A stretch of DNA of 64,000 bases from Octopus vulgaris (GCA_951406725.2 OX597826.1:38006001-38070000), one strand, 5' to 3'; positions 29,530 to 44,625 are shown, counted from the first letter of the stretch. A program made the numbers and translations. Notes: generated from the sequence alone by a model not told the origin.

Positions 29530-30869
29530 CGCGCATACGTACATATGTATCAATATATATACTGATTTGTATTGTTTCCATGTATGTACATGCATACACG
29601 TATGCGATGCATGCGTGCGAATGAATGCTACCATAAATATTAACCGAAATACGTTCTCTGTAATATAATCAATGAATTTTAAATAAATATAATAAAAATA
29701 AAACATGATTGAGTTATTATTTCAGGAAGATTACGTTGGAAATACAAGTAAATATAGAAATAAATGTATTGAACGAATAACGACTTAGGGAAATGTGCAT
29801 TCTTGTGCAAGAGTTCAGATTAGTGCTGATGGGAATCGTGTAAAAGATAAACGGATGTGAACTGAATGAAAGACAAAATATTAGGAACAATTATGTTGAT
29901 AGTTTGAATTGTTGTGCTCAGTTTTGAGTAGATAAAGCTGCAGCTTGTAATAGTCACGCCTCAAGGGCACACAGTGACATAACATTACACAGACGTATCT
30001 TAAACTTGGAATATCGAGAAGCCATAAGTTTTTGAATTAATTTTCTAGATGCTATCTTGAGGATTTTCGAGTGATAAAGACTGAAGAATTGAGAAGAGAA
30101 TTTATATTGTAACATAGAATATCATTCGAGGGAAACCTTGTTGAGGATGGAATATAAAAGCAGGTAAATAATTAATAACTGGAGGCTTTAATGAGAAATT
30201 TCAAGGGTGTTAATATGATCGTGTTGTTAAAGTATATATATTGAAATTATCTCAGGGAAAATATATATCTAGGTATATCTAGATTTGTGTAGATATATCC
30301 AGGTGTAGTTAGTTATACATAGATATACATAGATGTATCTAGGCGGCTATAGCTGGATCGCATGAGGTTCTTCAAGGCAGTGAGTGAGGCTATACGAGGT
30401 GAGGTGTGACTGACTGTCATATCATAATCTTTGTAAAAGCTTCTGAAGTAATAAATCAATTGAGAAGTTTTGTGTTGGTTAGAAGTGATTATCTTTGGTG
30501 AAAGATGTGTGTATGTCTGTGTGTATGTGTCTGTGTGTGTGCGTGTGTGTATTCAAATTTATGTGTACATAGATGTATTTTAGCTTTGAAGGTTGAAATA
30601 TGTATATACGTGTGTGTATATATATATATATATATCCGTACGTATATGCATGTATATACATGTATATAAATACAATTATATACACGCATCTATATGAATA
30701 TATGAATATGGAAACACTTATACATACATGCATATATAGTGATAATATGCACTTAGGTGAAAAAAATATGTGTGCATACATACACATATATACACACACA
30801 AACACACACACACACAACTGCCCCAAGGCACATTCCTAACACGCCAGCTGAGTTTAATTCGTCCTAGTC

Positions 30870-31287
<418 letters not shown>

Positions 31288-31670
31288 TGTATGTACGTAT
31301 ATATTCATGTTTGTATTTATAGGGTGGCAGATCTCCGTTCAGTCGGAGATGATGACTGGGTTGTTTGATCAACTGAATTATCTGGTCGTAAGTAGCTGAG
31401 TATTACACAGACACTTGAGTATACCCTTGACATAATTCTTAGGTAGAATAAACAGCTACAATCCAGCCTTTTGGCTCCTCTACAATTTCCGTCCATCCAC
31501 CTACGTTCACAAGGCACGGTTCCACTCTAATAGCAAGAAAATTATACTTTCCCAAGTCACCACATTGCGAACGCAATTTTTGCGGGCAGGATTTATTAAA
31601 CACACGGTCGTACTGTGCTTACATGGGTACACACTCACACACGGGCGCGTGCACACATGCAAATATATGC

Positions 31671-31706
<36 letters not shown>

Positions 31707-31759
31707 GGCATGTGGCTTCTAAAACAGCCTTTATTTTGCCATAAAATTACTACTCCAAT

Positions 31760-32341
31760 CCGAAGAGCGGAATTGAACGTACAAATGATGCACTCCGATC
31801 TTCTATCTGTGAGTAATCTTCTGAGAATCGGCCGACAGAGATCAGCAATATGTGCCTGCTAGCACCAATCAAGAATCTTGATATATACAATTCTTTATAA
31901 TAGTATGCCGTATTCTGCTTTGTTATTACTGTCAGAAAACTAGATATCCTCATTAAGGATCATGTCCACACAACTACAACCTTTAGGATACTATGATTAC
32001 CATCAACAAAGCAAAATAGAATATCGGTCCTTTGAGTATCAAGGAGGCCATCCTCATCCATAAAATGAATCCAAGTATTCATAATAGTTGCGATCTGCAT
32101 TCGCCGAGTGACGTAAACCTGTTTATCTGTGAAAAATATACCAGTTCGTGAACACTCTTGATTTTCTTTTGATAAAGGGTTTAAAACCCGAAATATTGAA
32201 ATATAAGTTTAAAGGTATGAACTGTTTTTTTTCTTCTTTATTTCTGATTTCTCTCCATTATTTCCAATTTGCTTAGAACTGGCTTTTAAAACAACTTTAA
32301 CAACTTTGTTTCACAATGCTTCATTCAAAAATACTCTTTCA
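31760..32341 (+). mobile_element. Decayed Penelope-like element 3' end (GIY-YIG C-terminus plus pLTR)
   Basis: LSIKEAILIHKMNPSIHN near 32032-32085; HHR-like TTGATAA a gggtt taa aaccc GAAA tatt at 32169-32197; ends at a TA-rich tract. Confidence 0.7.
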
Positions 32342-32512
32342 ATATATATGAATGTGTGTCTAGGTGTGTTTGTGTGTATATGTGTATATGTGTCTGTGTG
32401 TGTTATATCTTTTATGTCTTTGTAAGACCAAAATTTTTGTGCATACATATGTATGCTATATATATAAATATATTATATATGTATATACATGTGTCTGTCT
32501 AAATATATATGT

Positions 32513-32564
<52 letters not shown>

Positions 32565-32633
32565 ATATATATTTATATGTATATAAATATGCCTATATAT
32601 ATATATATGTATATTTCTGTGTATGAGTGTATG

Positions 32634-32745
<112 letters not shown>

Positions 32746-33915
32746 TGTGTATACTTATGTGTGTGTGTGTGTATCTTTTGAATTCTCTGAATGATGATAT
32801 ACTGACTAATTAAGCATTGTTAAACAACTCTGTATTCTTAGAAGAATATGAAGAGGCGATTATTTTGCTGCTTTTCTTATTGTTTGTTTTTGTTGTCTTC
32901 TTAACCTTGGAACGTAGAAACGTAGTGTTAACAAACATTTCTATTGTGGACAATAGTAAGTAAAGTCATTTGTAAGTCACTGAATACAACAAATCGTCTC
33001 TCAACTCATACAAAATATCTCGGCATTCATTTTTATCATCTTTTGAAGTGAACAACAATTTCCAGCGAAAATTTTCTTTATTCTCTTTCCAATTTTAAAA
33101 TACATTAAATCTCATTTATTTACTTATTCATTTATTTATTCATTTATCTATTTATTTATTTAACAAATATTTGTTCATTTCCATTAAAGGTAGATTTCAA
33201 AACTGCAGAATCATTAGAGAAATGAACAAATGCCATACGACAATTGTGCTGATTCACTGCGCTCCTAGTTCGAATTTCGTCGATTTTGACTCTGCCTTTG
33301 ATATTTCGGGTGGAGATCACTTCGTTAAATAAACCATCAGTCCAGCAAGGGTTTCGATTCTTTGTTTCTTCTCTTTCCGTCTTTCTCTATCTATCTAGTT
33401 CTCTTATTCTTGCTAGCAAGCTTTTTCACTCGCTCTCTCTCTTTCTCCTTATCTCTCTCTCTCACACACACATACACATACCCATGTTGTATCTAAGCGT
33501 GTAAATTCTATGTTGCGCTATGTGAAGGTCTTTTCTGCCAAGATTTTTTAAATGGCTGAGCAAAGGCCCAGTTACCTATTTTCACTTAGTATACCATAAA
33601 AACTGCCAAAGACACCAAACAACATGGTAGGCGTGGATGGACAGGTGTGCTAGTCATGGATGTCTGTCATATTGTCTGAAATTCTATACATGGACGAAGT
33701 AGTTTTCATTTTAGACAAACAATACAATAAATCATATTTATATATTATATGAGAAGTACGCTTCCAATTACATGGTCTGTGGTTCGTCCCCATAGTATAG
33801 CACTTTAGAAAATGTCTTATTGTATAGCTCCGAGGCGAGCAAAGTTTTGTGGGTGGATTTCGTAAACAAAACTTGAAAGAAGTTTATTGTATATGTGTAT
33901 GCTTATATATATAAA

Positions 33916-34825
33916 CTAGCAGTATCGCCCGGCGTTGCTCGGGTTTGTAAGGGAAATAACTATATAAGCATTTTTAGTGAGTTATAGCAAAAGAATAGCA
34001 AAAAAATGCATTAAAAATGGAATAAAAAATGATGGTAATTTTTTTTTTTTAATCGTTGACTCATCGTAGACATTTTTAGAGAGTTACTTCCCTTATATAA
34101 TAGCGAAAAAATGCATTAAAATGGAAAAAATGATGGTAATTTTTTTTTAAATCGTAGACTCATCGTAGACGCGCGCTAATACCCAGGAGGGCTCGATATG
34201 AATCACGACTATAAGATACCCGGTTTTGGTTAAACTGCACCGCAAAATGTGGGAGTAGTTAGGAATCTAAATCGTAGGAGACAGACACGCAACTTCACTT
34301 TTATATATAAAGATTTGTGCAACAACTAAAACATTCGGTTGTGCAAATTGTTTGCACAGGAAACCTGCCCTGTGTGGCGGTTTTTGCCGTTTTTGTGGAT
34401 CTGTTTCAGCTTTTTTAGCAATTTCTGTTTTGGCGACTTCAAGCCATGAAGTCGTTGTTCTAAAAGAACGCTGGTCTCCTTGACAACGCTTTACGACGTT
34501 GATTTCCCTACCCTGCCTTCTCCACAGCTTCACGAGGGAGGGAAGATGGGGGAGAAGCAACACAGATGCAGGTGTGAGCATGGACGCCAACTCCGCCGCC
34601 ATCGACACACGAAAAAATTGGAAGAAATGGAAAAAAATAATGTTAAATTATTTTTAAAATCGTAGACTCATCGTAGACGCGCGCTAATACCCAGACGGGC
34701 TCGATATAAATCACGACTATAAGATACCCGAATTTGGTTAAACTGCACCACAAAATGTGGGAGTAGTTAGGAATCTAAATCGTAGGAGACAGACACTCAC
34801 ACAACTTCACTTTTATACATATAGA
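33916..34825 (-). mobile_element. Composite non-autonomous Helitron with two 5' termini
   Basis: Minus 3' end: hairpin CCCGAGCAACGCCGGG then CTAG (33916-33919); 5'-TC termini at 34313 and 34825; a 5' block of about 190 bp is duplicated. Confidence 0.8.
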
Positions 34826-34828
34826 TAT

Positions 34829-34960
34829 GTGTCCCTTTCTGTAGAAGAGCATAGGCTCGAAACGTAAAAGACATTTTCTATTCCTGAGCGTTATACTAAT
34901 ACATCTGTTTGTTTTGAACACCACCTGTCTTCGTCTTTTGTTTTTGAAGTAAACTCTCCC
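34829..34960 (+). mobile_element. Short PLE-type terminus with minimal HHR-like motif (34835-34870)
   Basis: cttt CTGTAGA a gagc atag gctc GAAA cg TA aaag (A6U variant); ends in (TA)n; second copy at 37361-37466 (-). Confidence 0.65.
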
Positions 34961-35001
<41 letters not shown>

Positions 35002-35029
35002 TGAGTGAGAGAGTGAGTGAGAGAGAGAG

Positions 35030-35099
35030 GATAAGAAATGGAGCAATTAACAGTGAGAAGTGGATCATTCGATCACTGTTAATTGCTCCACTTCTTGTC
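35030..35099. repeat. Short inverted repeat (27-bp arms)
   Basis: GATAAGAAATGGAGCAATTAACAGTGA ... TCACTGTTAATTGCTCCACTTCTTGTC. Confidence 0.8.
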
Positions 35100-35214
35100 G
35101 TCTCTATATATTAAACCACGATTTTACCTTTTAAATTACCTACAACCGTATACCTTACAAGGACCAAATGTAATACCAGAAGTGCCTATATGTGTATTTA
35201 TATATATATATGTA

Positions 35215-35337
<123 letters not shown>

Positions 35338-35355
35338 TGCGACCTTTTTATAGAT

Positions 35356-35400
35356 GTACCTGAAGAGGCCTTGAACGACGGGTCGAAACATGCATTGTAC
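35356..35400 (+). ncRNA. HHR-like motif in a ~90-bp insert within (TA)n
   Basis: gtac CTGAAGA ggcc ... ggtc GAAA catgca tt gtac; stem III imperfect; AATAAA follows. Confidence 0.55.
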
Positions 35401-35425
35401 CTTATAAAGTCTAATAAACATTCCA

Positions 35426-35526
<101 letters not shown>

Positions 35527-35944
35527 TATATATCAAGCAAGTGTCACCGATATAGTGGGGGGGTCCTTTGTAATCATTCGTAAAAACATGTCCGCCCGTA
35601 GAAAATCTCACTCAATGAATTCAGTCCGACACATACCGATGACACTGCTAGAAACACATATACGGTAGAGGCCCGTGAAATATATTGAATGAACTGAGAT
35701 TATCAATGCAATAAATATAAAACATCAGCCGCTGTTCCCAATCTAAAAACCACAAATAGGAAATATATTTCGAACAATATCAGCGAATAGAAATTTTTTA
35801 TACTAAGAACAAGGCAGACGACAGTAGATTTGTTTTTAAGATCAACTGATAATAGCAATGACCATATTTCGATATTATAAGTCCTTCTCAGTGAAAGATA
35901 ATTAGGTTAGAAAAACTTAGAAAATTGTCAATATTTAAAAAATA

Positions 35945-36125
35945 TAGGTATAGCAAGAAATAACGGCCACATCTTTTACAAATCACGCCCTACTGTCTTA
36001 AAAGTTGAAGGACACGCGCGATAAAGTAGTCATAAATACTTTGCCAGGAAAAGTATTCATGACTGAAATAACTCTGATCATTAGTCTGCTCGGTAAAAGC
36101 TGGCCTGGGGCTATACAACTACAAC
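35945..36125 (-). repeat. Ancient unclassified interspersed repeat (representative copy)
   Basis: Related motifs (GATTTGGCTGCTATTTC, ATTCCAGCCATGACCATC) recur near 22090, 24910, 40380, 43120, 51955, 59720, 61430. Confidence 0.55.
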
Positions 36126-37360
36126 AGCGACGACGACGACAACTACAACAACATCAACAACAATGAGAATCAAGGTAATGGTTTTACCACAGAGAGGAGT
36201 CCCGTAATTATTTTAGAGCGTGTAGATGGCGGCTCTATCGTGGTTTCATTGTAAATTATACATATTTTAGCTTCATTCTCTGCTAAACACATTGATTTAA
36301 ACACCTCTTCTTTTTTTCACTCATAAATTTGGCCAATATACCATTAACACAACAAACCAGTAATGGTGAAAACCTTTCTGTAAAATGACCTCTACACTTT
36401 AGTTCCTCGTTCCTCGATTTACCAATATCAGTTTTGAATTAACTCATCATAAAATATTGTTGCCACCTTTATACTGCCATAAGTGCACATAATAGCTTTT
36501 CCCTCTATTTACCTTTCATATTCAATGTCGTTTTTACTGAAATATTCAATAAGCTTACTTCACACATCCATTTTCAGACCTTTAGGCTATAGTTTCATGC
36601 TAGGTAGAAGGCTTTGTTGAAATATCAGTCAAAATTGATTCTTTATCTTTTAAGCAGCATCTCACGTTAGCTCCATTTTCCCAAACAGTCTGTTTTATAC
36701 CTCATTACGACCATTCATAGCTGGTCAAATAGCAGAGTGGTTGAAGCGTCGAACAAACACTATGGTTAATTGTTCTGAATCTTGGTGTTTTGAGTTCAAA
36801 TAACGCCATGCTCAACTTTACTTTTCACCCATCCAGAGCTGATAAATAAACTCCAAGTAAAGTTCTTCGTTCGCTTCTTCTTCGTCTTTTCCTTTGTCTT
36901 TCCTGCCATCTGTCTACCTATCTATCTATTGTATGAATGACGAAGCCACCTTGACTATGATTCTATGAACCATAAAAATTAATACAGAGAGTTGCTTATT
37001 TGCAAAAAAAAATAAAAGAAATATAACATGTGACTTCATTGACCGAGGTTACCGTGGTCTTTTCCGTAGGCTTTTCTTTCCACGGGTAAACCTCACCTGT
37101 CCTCCCCTTTACACTTCATATTGACATTTCTGTGATAACGATCCCTATTGATCAATTTTTTCCTCTCCCCCTTTTTTTAACCCCCCCCCCTTTTTTGTCC
37201 TCTTTCTCTCCTTTTACGATCCCTTTTGATCGAACACACCCCCTTTTTTTTACCTTCAAAAGAAAAGCTCTACCTTGTAATTTGTTCTATCTGTGTGCAG
37301 CCATGTGTGGCTAATAAAGAAACATATCTATTTATATACATTTATACTGATATATATATA

Positions 37361-37466
37361 GGGAGAGTTTACGAAAAAAAACAAAAGACAAAGACAGGTG
37401 GTGTACAAAACAAACAGATGTATTAGTATAACTCTGAGGAATAGAAAAAGTATTTTACGTTTCGAG
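37361..37466 (-). mobile_element. Truncated copy of the 34829-34960 family in (TA)n
   Basis: Revcomp match; breaks inside the HHR at CTCGAAACGTA. Confidence 0.8.
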
Positions 37467-37495
<29 letters not shown>

Positions 37496-37498
<3 letters not shown>

Positions 37499-37734
37499 CC
37501 GTGTAATAAGGTTCAGCAAAAAGAGTACTCCATTTGGTGAGAGTAAAATATTGTTTTATACGATCACCTCACATGCATAAACCACGCATCTCAATAGTTT
37601 CACATACATGGAAACCCAAGTACGTTCTTCAGGCTACTATTAGTAGCGTGGTTTATGCATGTGAGGTGATCGTATAAAACAATATTTTACTCTCACCAAA
37701 TGGAGTACTCTTTTTGCTGAACCTTATTACACGG

Positions 37735-37737
<3 letters not shown>
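37496..37737. mobile_element. Head-to-head inverted PLE-type terminus pair with HHR at 37586-37634 (-)
   Basis: Perfect 92-bp arms (37496-37587, 37646-37737); spacer on minus: gc CTGAAGA acgtac ... gtatgt GAAA ctattgag; (TA)n on both sides. Confidence 0.85.
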
Positions 37738-37809
<72 letters not shown>

Positions 37810-37946
37810 GTATATATATAGAATATAGAATATATATATATAGAATATATAATATAATATATATACATACATATCCCACATCGCCGGGAGCACTACATCT
37901 TTTGTGAGATGTAGAAAATGTTCCATAATTTTTTTTTTTTACTCTA

Positions 37947-38072
37947 GGCACAAGTCCTGAAATTTTTTTGTGGAGGAGGGGGCCAGTCAATTAGATCTAC
38001 CCCAGTACTTGACTGATATTTATCGACCCCGAAAGGATGAAAGACAAAGTCGACCTCGGCGGAATTTGAACT
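37947..38072 (-). mobile_element. Partial SINE family A variant
   Basis: ATCGACCCCGAAAGGATGAAAGACAAAGTCGACCTCGGCGGAATTTGAACT. Confidence 0.8.
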
Positions 38073-38074
38073 GC

Positions 38075-38432
38075 ACAAATGATGCTGGCATCAATTTTAA
38101 AATCCACCCAAGACTTGGCCCCCGTGCTATCCACCACAACAAAAATCGAACTCGGGACACATAACATTATGTCACAACTACTTTACTTGAACCGGTCCAG
38201 CTCTCTTTAATACCATACCAAAATACACCAAAACAGAAATGGATCCCATAAAATTGAAAATTTTACTAGACAACTTTCTTCAAAAAATCTGAACAACATC
38301 CTACATCCGGATATGTCTCCAATAATAATAACTCTTTGCTAGAGTGGCCATGGTGCCCCATATATGACTGAAAGACTTCATCAGGTGGTGCTATTAAGTT
38401 AGACATGGTTTGGCCCTATACTGGCCGAAACC

Positions 38433-38433
<1 letters not shown>
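38075..38433 (+). mobile_element. CR1-like LINE 3' end, decayed
   Basis: Reads HPRLGPRA...GPALFNTIPK...LLDNFLQKI...GYVSNNNNSLLEW, typical of CR1-group ORF2 ends; abuts (ATAG)n. Confidence 0.7.
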
Positions 38434-38510
<77 letters not shown>

Positions 38511-38554
38511 CACACACACACACACACACACATAAACACATATATATACATGTA

Positions 38555-38770
38555 TGTCGTGTTCGTCCGGCAAAGTGGCCTGTTACTTCAGAGTGTAGTA
38601 ACAGTTCCTTAGACACAGTGCAGTTCGTTCCTTAGACTCTGCCGTGGTCTTCTCTGAATAACCGATTCCCCGTTATCTCTGAAGTTGCTTGCCTCTCTAT
38701 CGGTCGAAATAAACTATCGCACTCCACATTTGACTAGAAATATCACCTATCTACTCATACCAACGTGTCA
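38555..38770 (+). mobile_element. Possible solo LTR
   Basis: TGTCGTGTT...AACGTGTCA termini and internal AATAAA near 38708; no TSD seen. Confidence 0.3.
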
Positions 38771-39633
38771 CTTGTTTATACACACAAACATACACACACA
38801 CACATATATATAAATACACACGGAAACAGATGCACATACGCATATAAGCACACGTATATATACACACACACAGACACATATATATGCATAATAGTATATT
38901 TATATATACACATATATGTGTGTGTGTATATATACATATAAATATATGTGTATGTATGTATAATGTCCCAGAGAATGTACCACTTAAGCTCTATCGATCG
39001 TAATATTTCTTGATCTATAAAAACTAAATTTTCATAAGAGTTACATTTTTATTTTCTAAATACCACAAATTAAATAATATTATCCAACATCAAAAAAACA
39101 ACATTATCAGTAAAAACAATTTCATTTTCGTTCTTGCCATTGTTTGTTTTTTTGTTTTGTTTTTGGGCGCTTTTTGTGGGTTTTTTTCGTTTTCACAGTT
39201 ATTCTATTGTTTATTTTTATTTTTTACCTCCAATTTTTATTTTTTATTTTCTTTCCGATATTTTCGGTGAGAATAGAATTTTATATTCAGAAATTTTTCT
39301 GCATGACTATCCATATTTCTGCTGATACCCAGGAGACATATAATGAATCGAGCTAAGATTAAAAAAACAAAAATTATGTAAAAACAGTAAATTAAGAATC
39401 AAAATTCGAAAATGAAAAAAAAAAGTAAACAAAGGCCAATACTTTTTTTTCAGTATTTCATTTTAATCATAAATTTTTTTTCATCAAATACACTCTAATT
39501 TATTTATTTGATAATAGTAAGAAGAAAAGAACGACAACAACCATAAAGGTTATAAAAATGAAGATAATGACGATGATGATGATGGGAACGATAATAATAC
39601 AATTATGATAATGATGATGGCAGTAACAACGAC

Positions 39634-39690
<57 letters not shown>

Positions 39691-40142
39691 CTGGTAATGA
39701 ATTCTTGCCGTAACCTCTAATTAAACAATGGTATTATTTGGACAATTTATAGCTTCCTGCCAGACTCAGTCAAAAGGTAATCATTTTTTCTCCCCTCTTT
39801 TTATTTTTGTTTTTATTTTTTCATTTTATTATTATTATTATTATTATTTGGCAACCAAATTCCAATTAAAATCCAACCTTTCTAATGAGATTAATTCTTT
39901 GGTCTTCGTGGCCTTTTTTTTATTTATTTGTATATTTATTTGTTTATCTTTTGTTTTGTTTTTATTTATTCTTCGATTTCATCTTATTTTCTTAAATTTC
40001 CTTTCCTGGTATCGACTTTGTGGAACCATCTTCGAGTCAATTCTTCTACCTATTGTCTACCAAAAACCTAGTGCCATGTCTTTCACTGACCATCTTCAAT
40101 CAACCGCACGAAACACTTTCATACCACCCTCTTTAGATAAGT

Positions 40143-40143
40143 G

Positions 40144-40208
<65 letters not shown>

Positions 40209-40227
40209 TGTTGTTGTTGTTGTTGTT

Positions 40228-40299
<72 letters not shown>
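40143..40299. repeat. (TAG)n/(TTG)n microsatellite
   Basis: Direct reading. Confidence 0.95.
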
Positions 40300-40599
40300 T
40301 AATTATGAATAGTATAGATGTGGTGATGGCTGTTTAGCTGTTTAGCCATTAGTCAGCGTTTTCACCATGTTGATCTACATTCAAGGGCTTTCCAACCATA
40401 ACCATCCTGCAGTACGATTTGATTTGTGGAAGATTTAGCATTTATTTTTCACATATTTACCCAGAGACAGTGTTCACCATCTTTTGATATTAAAATTTTA
40501 CACGGATACTGCCATCATCAAGGAAAAGTGAATATTTTGCGGCGATCTTCGGTAATGAGATTATAAATTTTATTGTGTGAGAGAGACTAACAATTATTA

Positions 40600-40995
40600 T
40601 ACTCTTCTACTCTTCTACTTGTTTCAGTCATTTGACTGCGGCCATGCTGGAGCACCACCTTTAGTCGAGCAAATCGACCCCGGGACTTATTCTTTGTAAG
40701 CCCAGTGCTTATTCTATCGGTCTCTTTTGCCGAACCGCTAAGTGACGGGGACGTAAACACACCAGCATCGGTGGTCAAGCAATGCTAGGGGGGCCAAACA
40801 CAAACACACAAACACGCACATACATATATATATACATATATACGACAGGCTTCTTTCAGTTTCCGTCTACCAAATCCACTCACAAGGCATTGGTCGGCCC
40901 GGGACTATAGTAGAAGACACTTGCCCAAGGTGCCACGCAGTGGGACTGAACCCGGAACCATGTGGTTGGTTAGCAAGCTACTTACCACACAGCCA
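40600..40995 (-). mobile_element. SINE family B, young copy
   Basis: Very close reverse complement of 59958-60350. Confidence 0.9.
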
Positions 40996-41021
40996 AGTTT
41001 CTTTTATTTTATTTTTGAGAA

Positions 41022-41331
41022 GGCGCGTGGCTTAGTGGTTAGGGAATTTGGATCACGATCGTAAGGTCGTGAGTTCAATTCCCGGTGACGTGTTGTGTCC
41101 TTGAGCAAGACATTATTTTCACGTTGCTCCAGCAAGCAAAAATAAGTAGTACCTGTATTTCAAAGGGCCAGCCTGGTCACACTCTGTGTCACGCTGAATC
41201 TCCCTGAGAACTACGTTAAGGGTACACGTGTCTGAGGAGTGCTTAGCCACTTGCACGTTAATTTCGCGAGCAAGCTATTCTGTTGATCGTATCAGCTGGG
41301 ACCCTCGTCGTCGTAACCGACGGAGTGCTCC
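41022..41331 (+). mobile_element. tRNA-derived SINE family D (head shared with family C, different tail)
   Basis: TGGCTTAGTGG A box, GAGTTCAATTCCC B box, GTGTCCTTGAGCAAGACA; diverges from the 18699 copy after TTTCACGTTGCTCCAG. Confidence 0.82.
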
Positions 41332-41471
41332 TATTGTTTTGTACTTATTTAAAGTGAAAATAAGCTTAAAAAATTATCCTTAAAGACAAGATAAATTTTG
41401 GGAGATTTTGTTTCCTCGATTGACACACACATTTACGTAACTCATTACCGCCGTCTAAAAGTAAGAAAACA

Positions 41472-41630
41472 CTGGCTCTCCGTCGATTGCGACGATGAAT
41501 GTTCAAGTTGATCCGATCAAGGGAACTGCCTGCTTGTGAAATTAACGTCCAAGGGATCGAGCAATCCAAACACGCGTGTCCTTAACCTGGGTTCCAGGGA
41601 CATTCAGCGTAATGTGATAAGGCTGGTCCC
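41472..41630 (-). mobile_element. Diverged inverted tail of SINE family D
   Basis: Revcomp aligns with about 41165-41330. Confidence 0.75.
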
Positions 41631-41749
41631 AGAGTGTTTTGGCTGTTGGTTATGACACCATGGGTCGGTGCAGTTTTCTCTGCTATATGCAGCAGAAGTA
41701 CGATATATTTTCCGAGGGCTCAGTTATATATATATATATTATCTTATTC

Positions 41750-42055
41750 TTTACGTGTTTCAGTCATTTGTGTGCGGCCATACTGAAGGACAGTTTTATT
41801 TTTTAAGCCTAGTACTTATTCTATCGGTCTCTTTTGCCAAACTGCCTAGCTATGTGTTGTCACCGGTTGTCAAGCAGTGATGGGGGACAAATGCAGATAC
41901 AAAGACACACACACATATATCCATATATAAATATATACGACGGGCTTCTTTCAGTTTCTGTCTATGAAATCCACTCACAAGGCCTTGCCTTGTGAGTGGA
42001 GTTCAATGGGACGGAACCCGGAACCATGTGGTTGGGAAGCAAGATTTTTACCACA
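41750..42055 (-). mobile_element. Deleted, diverged SINE family B
   Basis: Retains GTACTTATTCTATCGGTCTCTTTTGCC and GAACCCGGAACCATGTGGTTGG blocks. Confidence 0.75.
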
Positions 42056-42491
42056 TTAAAGACACTGTGAAAATATATAAAATATTGAAGAAATTTGCAT
42101 ATGCCAGAGAGACATTCTCAATATGTCGTTGTAGTTCTTTTTTAATAATTTGTTTCCTTGCGTCCGCAGAATGTTGACCAAATAAATGGTAGGGCAACGA
42201 CGGAAGCTTCTTTATTGAACTTTTCACATAACTGAGTCAAAGAGACAGGCAGACAAACAAAGAGACAGACAGGCAGACAGACAGGCAGACATACAGACTG
42301 GCAGACAAACTGACAAATAGACAGTGAGACATAGAGAGGAAGAAAGAAAGAAATTTTTTTCACGTAAGTACAGCTCTGACAGGATATATATTTTTTTTTT
42401 CTTTTTCTTGTTTCAGTCATTTGACTGAGGCCATGCTGGAGCACCGCCTTAAAATGTTTTAAATCGAAGAAATCGACCCCAGAACTTATTC

Positions 42492-42551
<60 letters not shown>

Positions 42552-42556
42552 CATAC

Positions 42557-42621
<65 letters not shown>

Positions 42622-42692
42622 CTCGGCTGGTAATCCGTTACAGCACTTATCTAGTGTACCTAATCGTTTAGATCACGCCCATCCCCATACTG

Positions 42693-42770
<78 letters not shown>

Positions 42771-44559
42771 TATGTATGTATGCATGTATGTGTATATGTA
42801 TTTATATAAAGTTAAATTTTCTTATGAAGTATGCTTTTAAGTATACTTCACAATATATGGACTGTATTAAGAAGTGCTCATTGCGAGACAAATCGAAGGA
42901 TAAGAGAAATTATAGAAGGAACACATCCAGGGAATCAATACAAATTCCAAAGCATAATTTGATGATGACAACGAATTGTTATAAAAATAACCGCAAATAT
43001 GATGATGACAAGTGTGGGGGGGGTGCGCGCGTGCGTGGGGGTTTGTGCGTTCTATGTACAAGTTAACTAGGACGACACTATCCTATTTTGTTACAGCGAT
43101 ATAGGTTCGATTTGATAGGGATTTGGCTGCTATTTCCAGAAGATCTAAAAACTACATAAACGCTTCTTCGGGTATTTGATCATATTTCGATGTGTGTATG
43201 TGTGTGCGAGTGTGTGCGTTTAAGTGTACATACATTCGGACACATATACATATACACACACACGCATACCCACACGCACACAGATATACAAATACACACT
43301 CGCATATGCATACATATACACACATATGCGCGCACACATGCAAACACACGCATACACAGCACATGCACACTTACATACACACTCACAAACATACACATGC
43401 ATACATACATATATACATACATACATGTATGTGTCTGTCCGTGTGTGTGTGGGTATGTGTATGTGTTTAATTATTGTTTTTCCGAACTTAATAAACGTCT
43501 CAAGAAACTTCCGGAATCTTTTGTTTGACTTCCACAAAAAGATAAATGAAATACAAAATAAAATGGGAAAAAAATCTAAGAAATGAAACCAATTTCTGCA
43601 AATTGTTCCAGGAGTCACTGAATAAATAGCAATTCTATAGAAATGTTCATTGTTCTACCATTAATAACTGACGCAACTTAAAGAACTTATTATGGAAGCG
43701 AAAACAAATGATGAAGCGCCATCTTCATCAAAACATATCACTGAATTCATACAATGGAATCAAATGAAGAATTTGTCAGAAATCATAACAGATATTGTTG
43801 AATTCGAATTACACACACATACACACACAAATACACCGAGAAAGACAGAAAGAGAGAGAAGGGTAGAAAGCGGTATTAACATGACATGAAGAGAAAACGT
43901 ATAATGAAAGTTCTGTGGGGAAGTGAACAAAAAAGGATAAAATTAACATATATAATAAATACATATATATATATATATACATATTTCTATATAGATATGT
44001 GCGTGTATGTGTGTATGTGTGTGTGTGCACGTAAGTACGTATGAGTGTGTGTATATATATATATATGTATATGTATATCTTTAGCCACGTTGCATCTTAT
44101 TTGTCCCGTTAGTTTCTTTAAACTAACATTATACAAAAAAATCCCTTGACCCCAACAAAAGATCCTCCAGAGGAGGTTTTACTTATAAATGTGTTGAGTA
44201 ACATACTGAATTGTAGAAAACTCATTCACGTCATTATTGTTCTCCTTACAGAAATTACATTGACCTTTCTGTTTACCTTGACCTGGAAACTCAAACTTTA
44301 GATTATTGATTAAACATGTGACAACTACGTGCCCAGTTTAACTTACCCACCTGGTCCTATTGTACTGTTTGTAGAGTCTCCTGTCATACATTCGTTTGTG
44401 CCAGGTGTCTGGTCTGAGAAAAATCTCCCCATTTCTTCCCAACAGTCACTGAAACTCTAATTAAATTCATGGGCCCTACTCTTCTAAGTTTAACTCATTA
44501 AAATCATTTGAGTCACAAGCGTATGTTTTCAATCTGGCAGGATGAGGTGTAGGTTTTAA

Positions 44560-44625
<66 letters not shown>

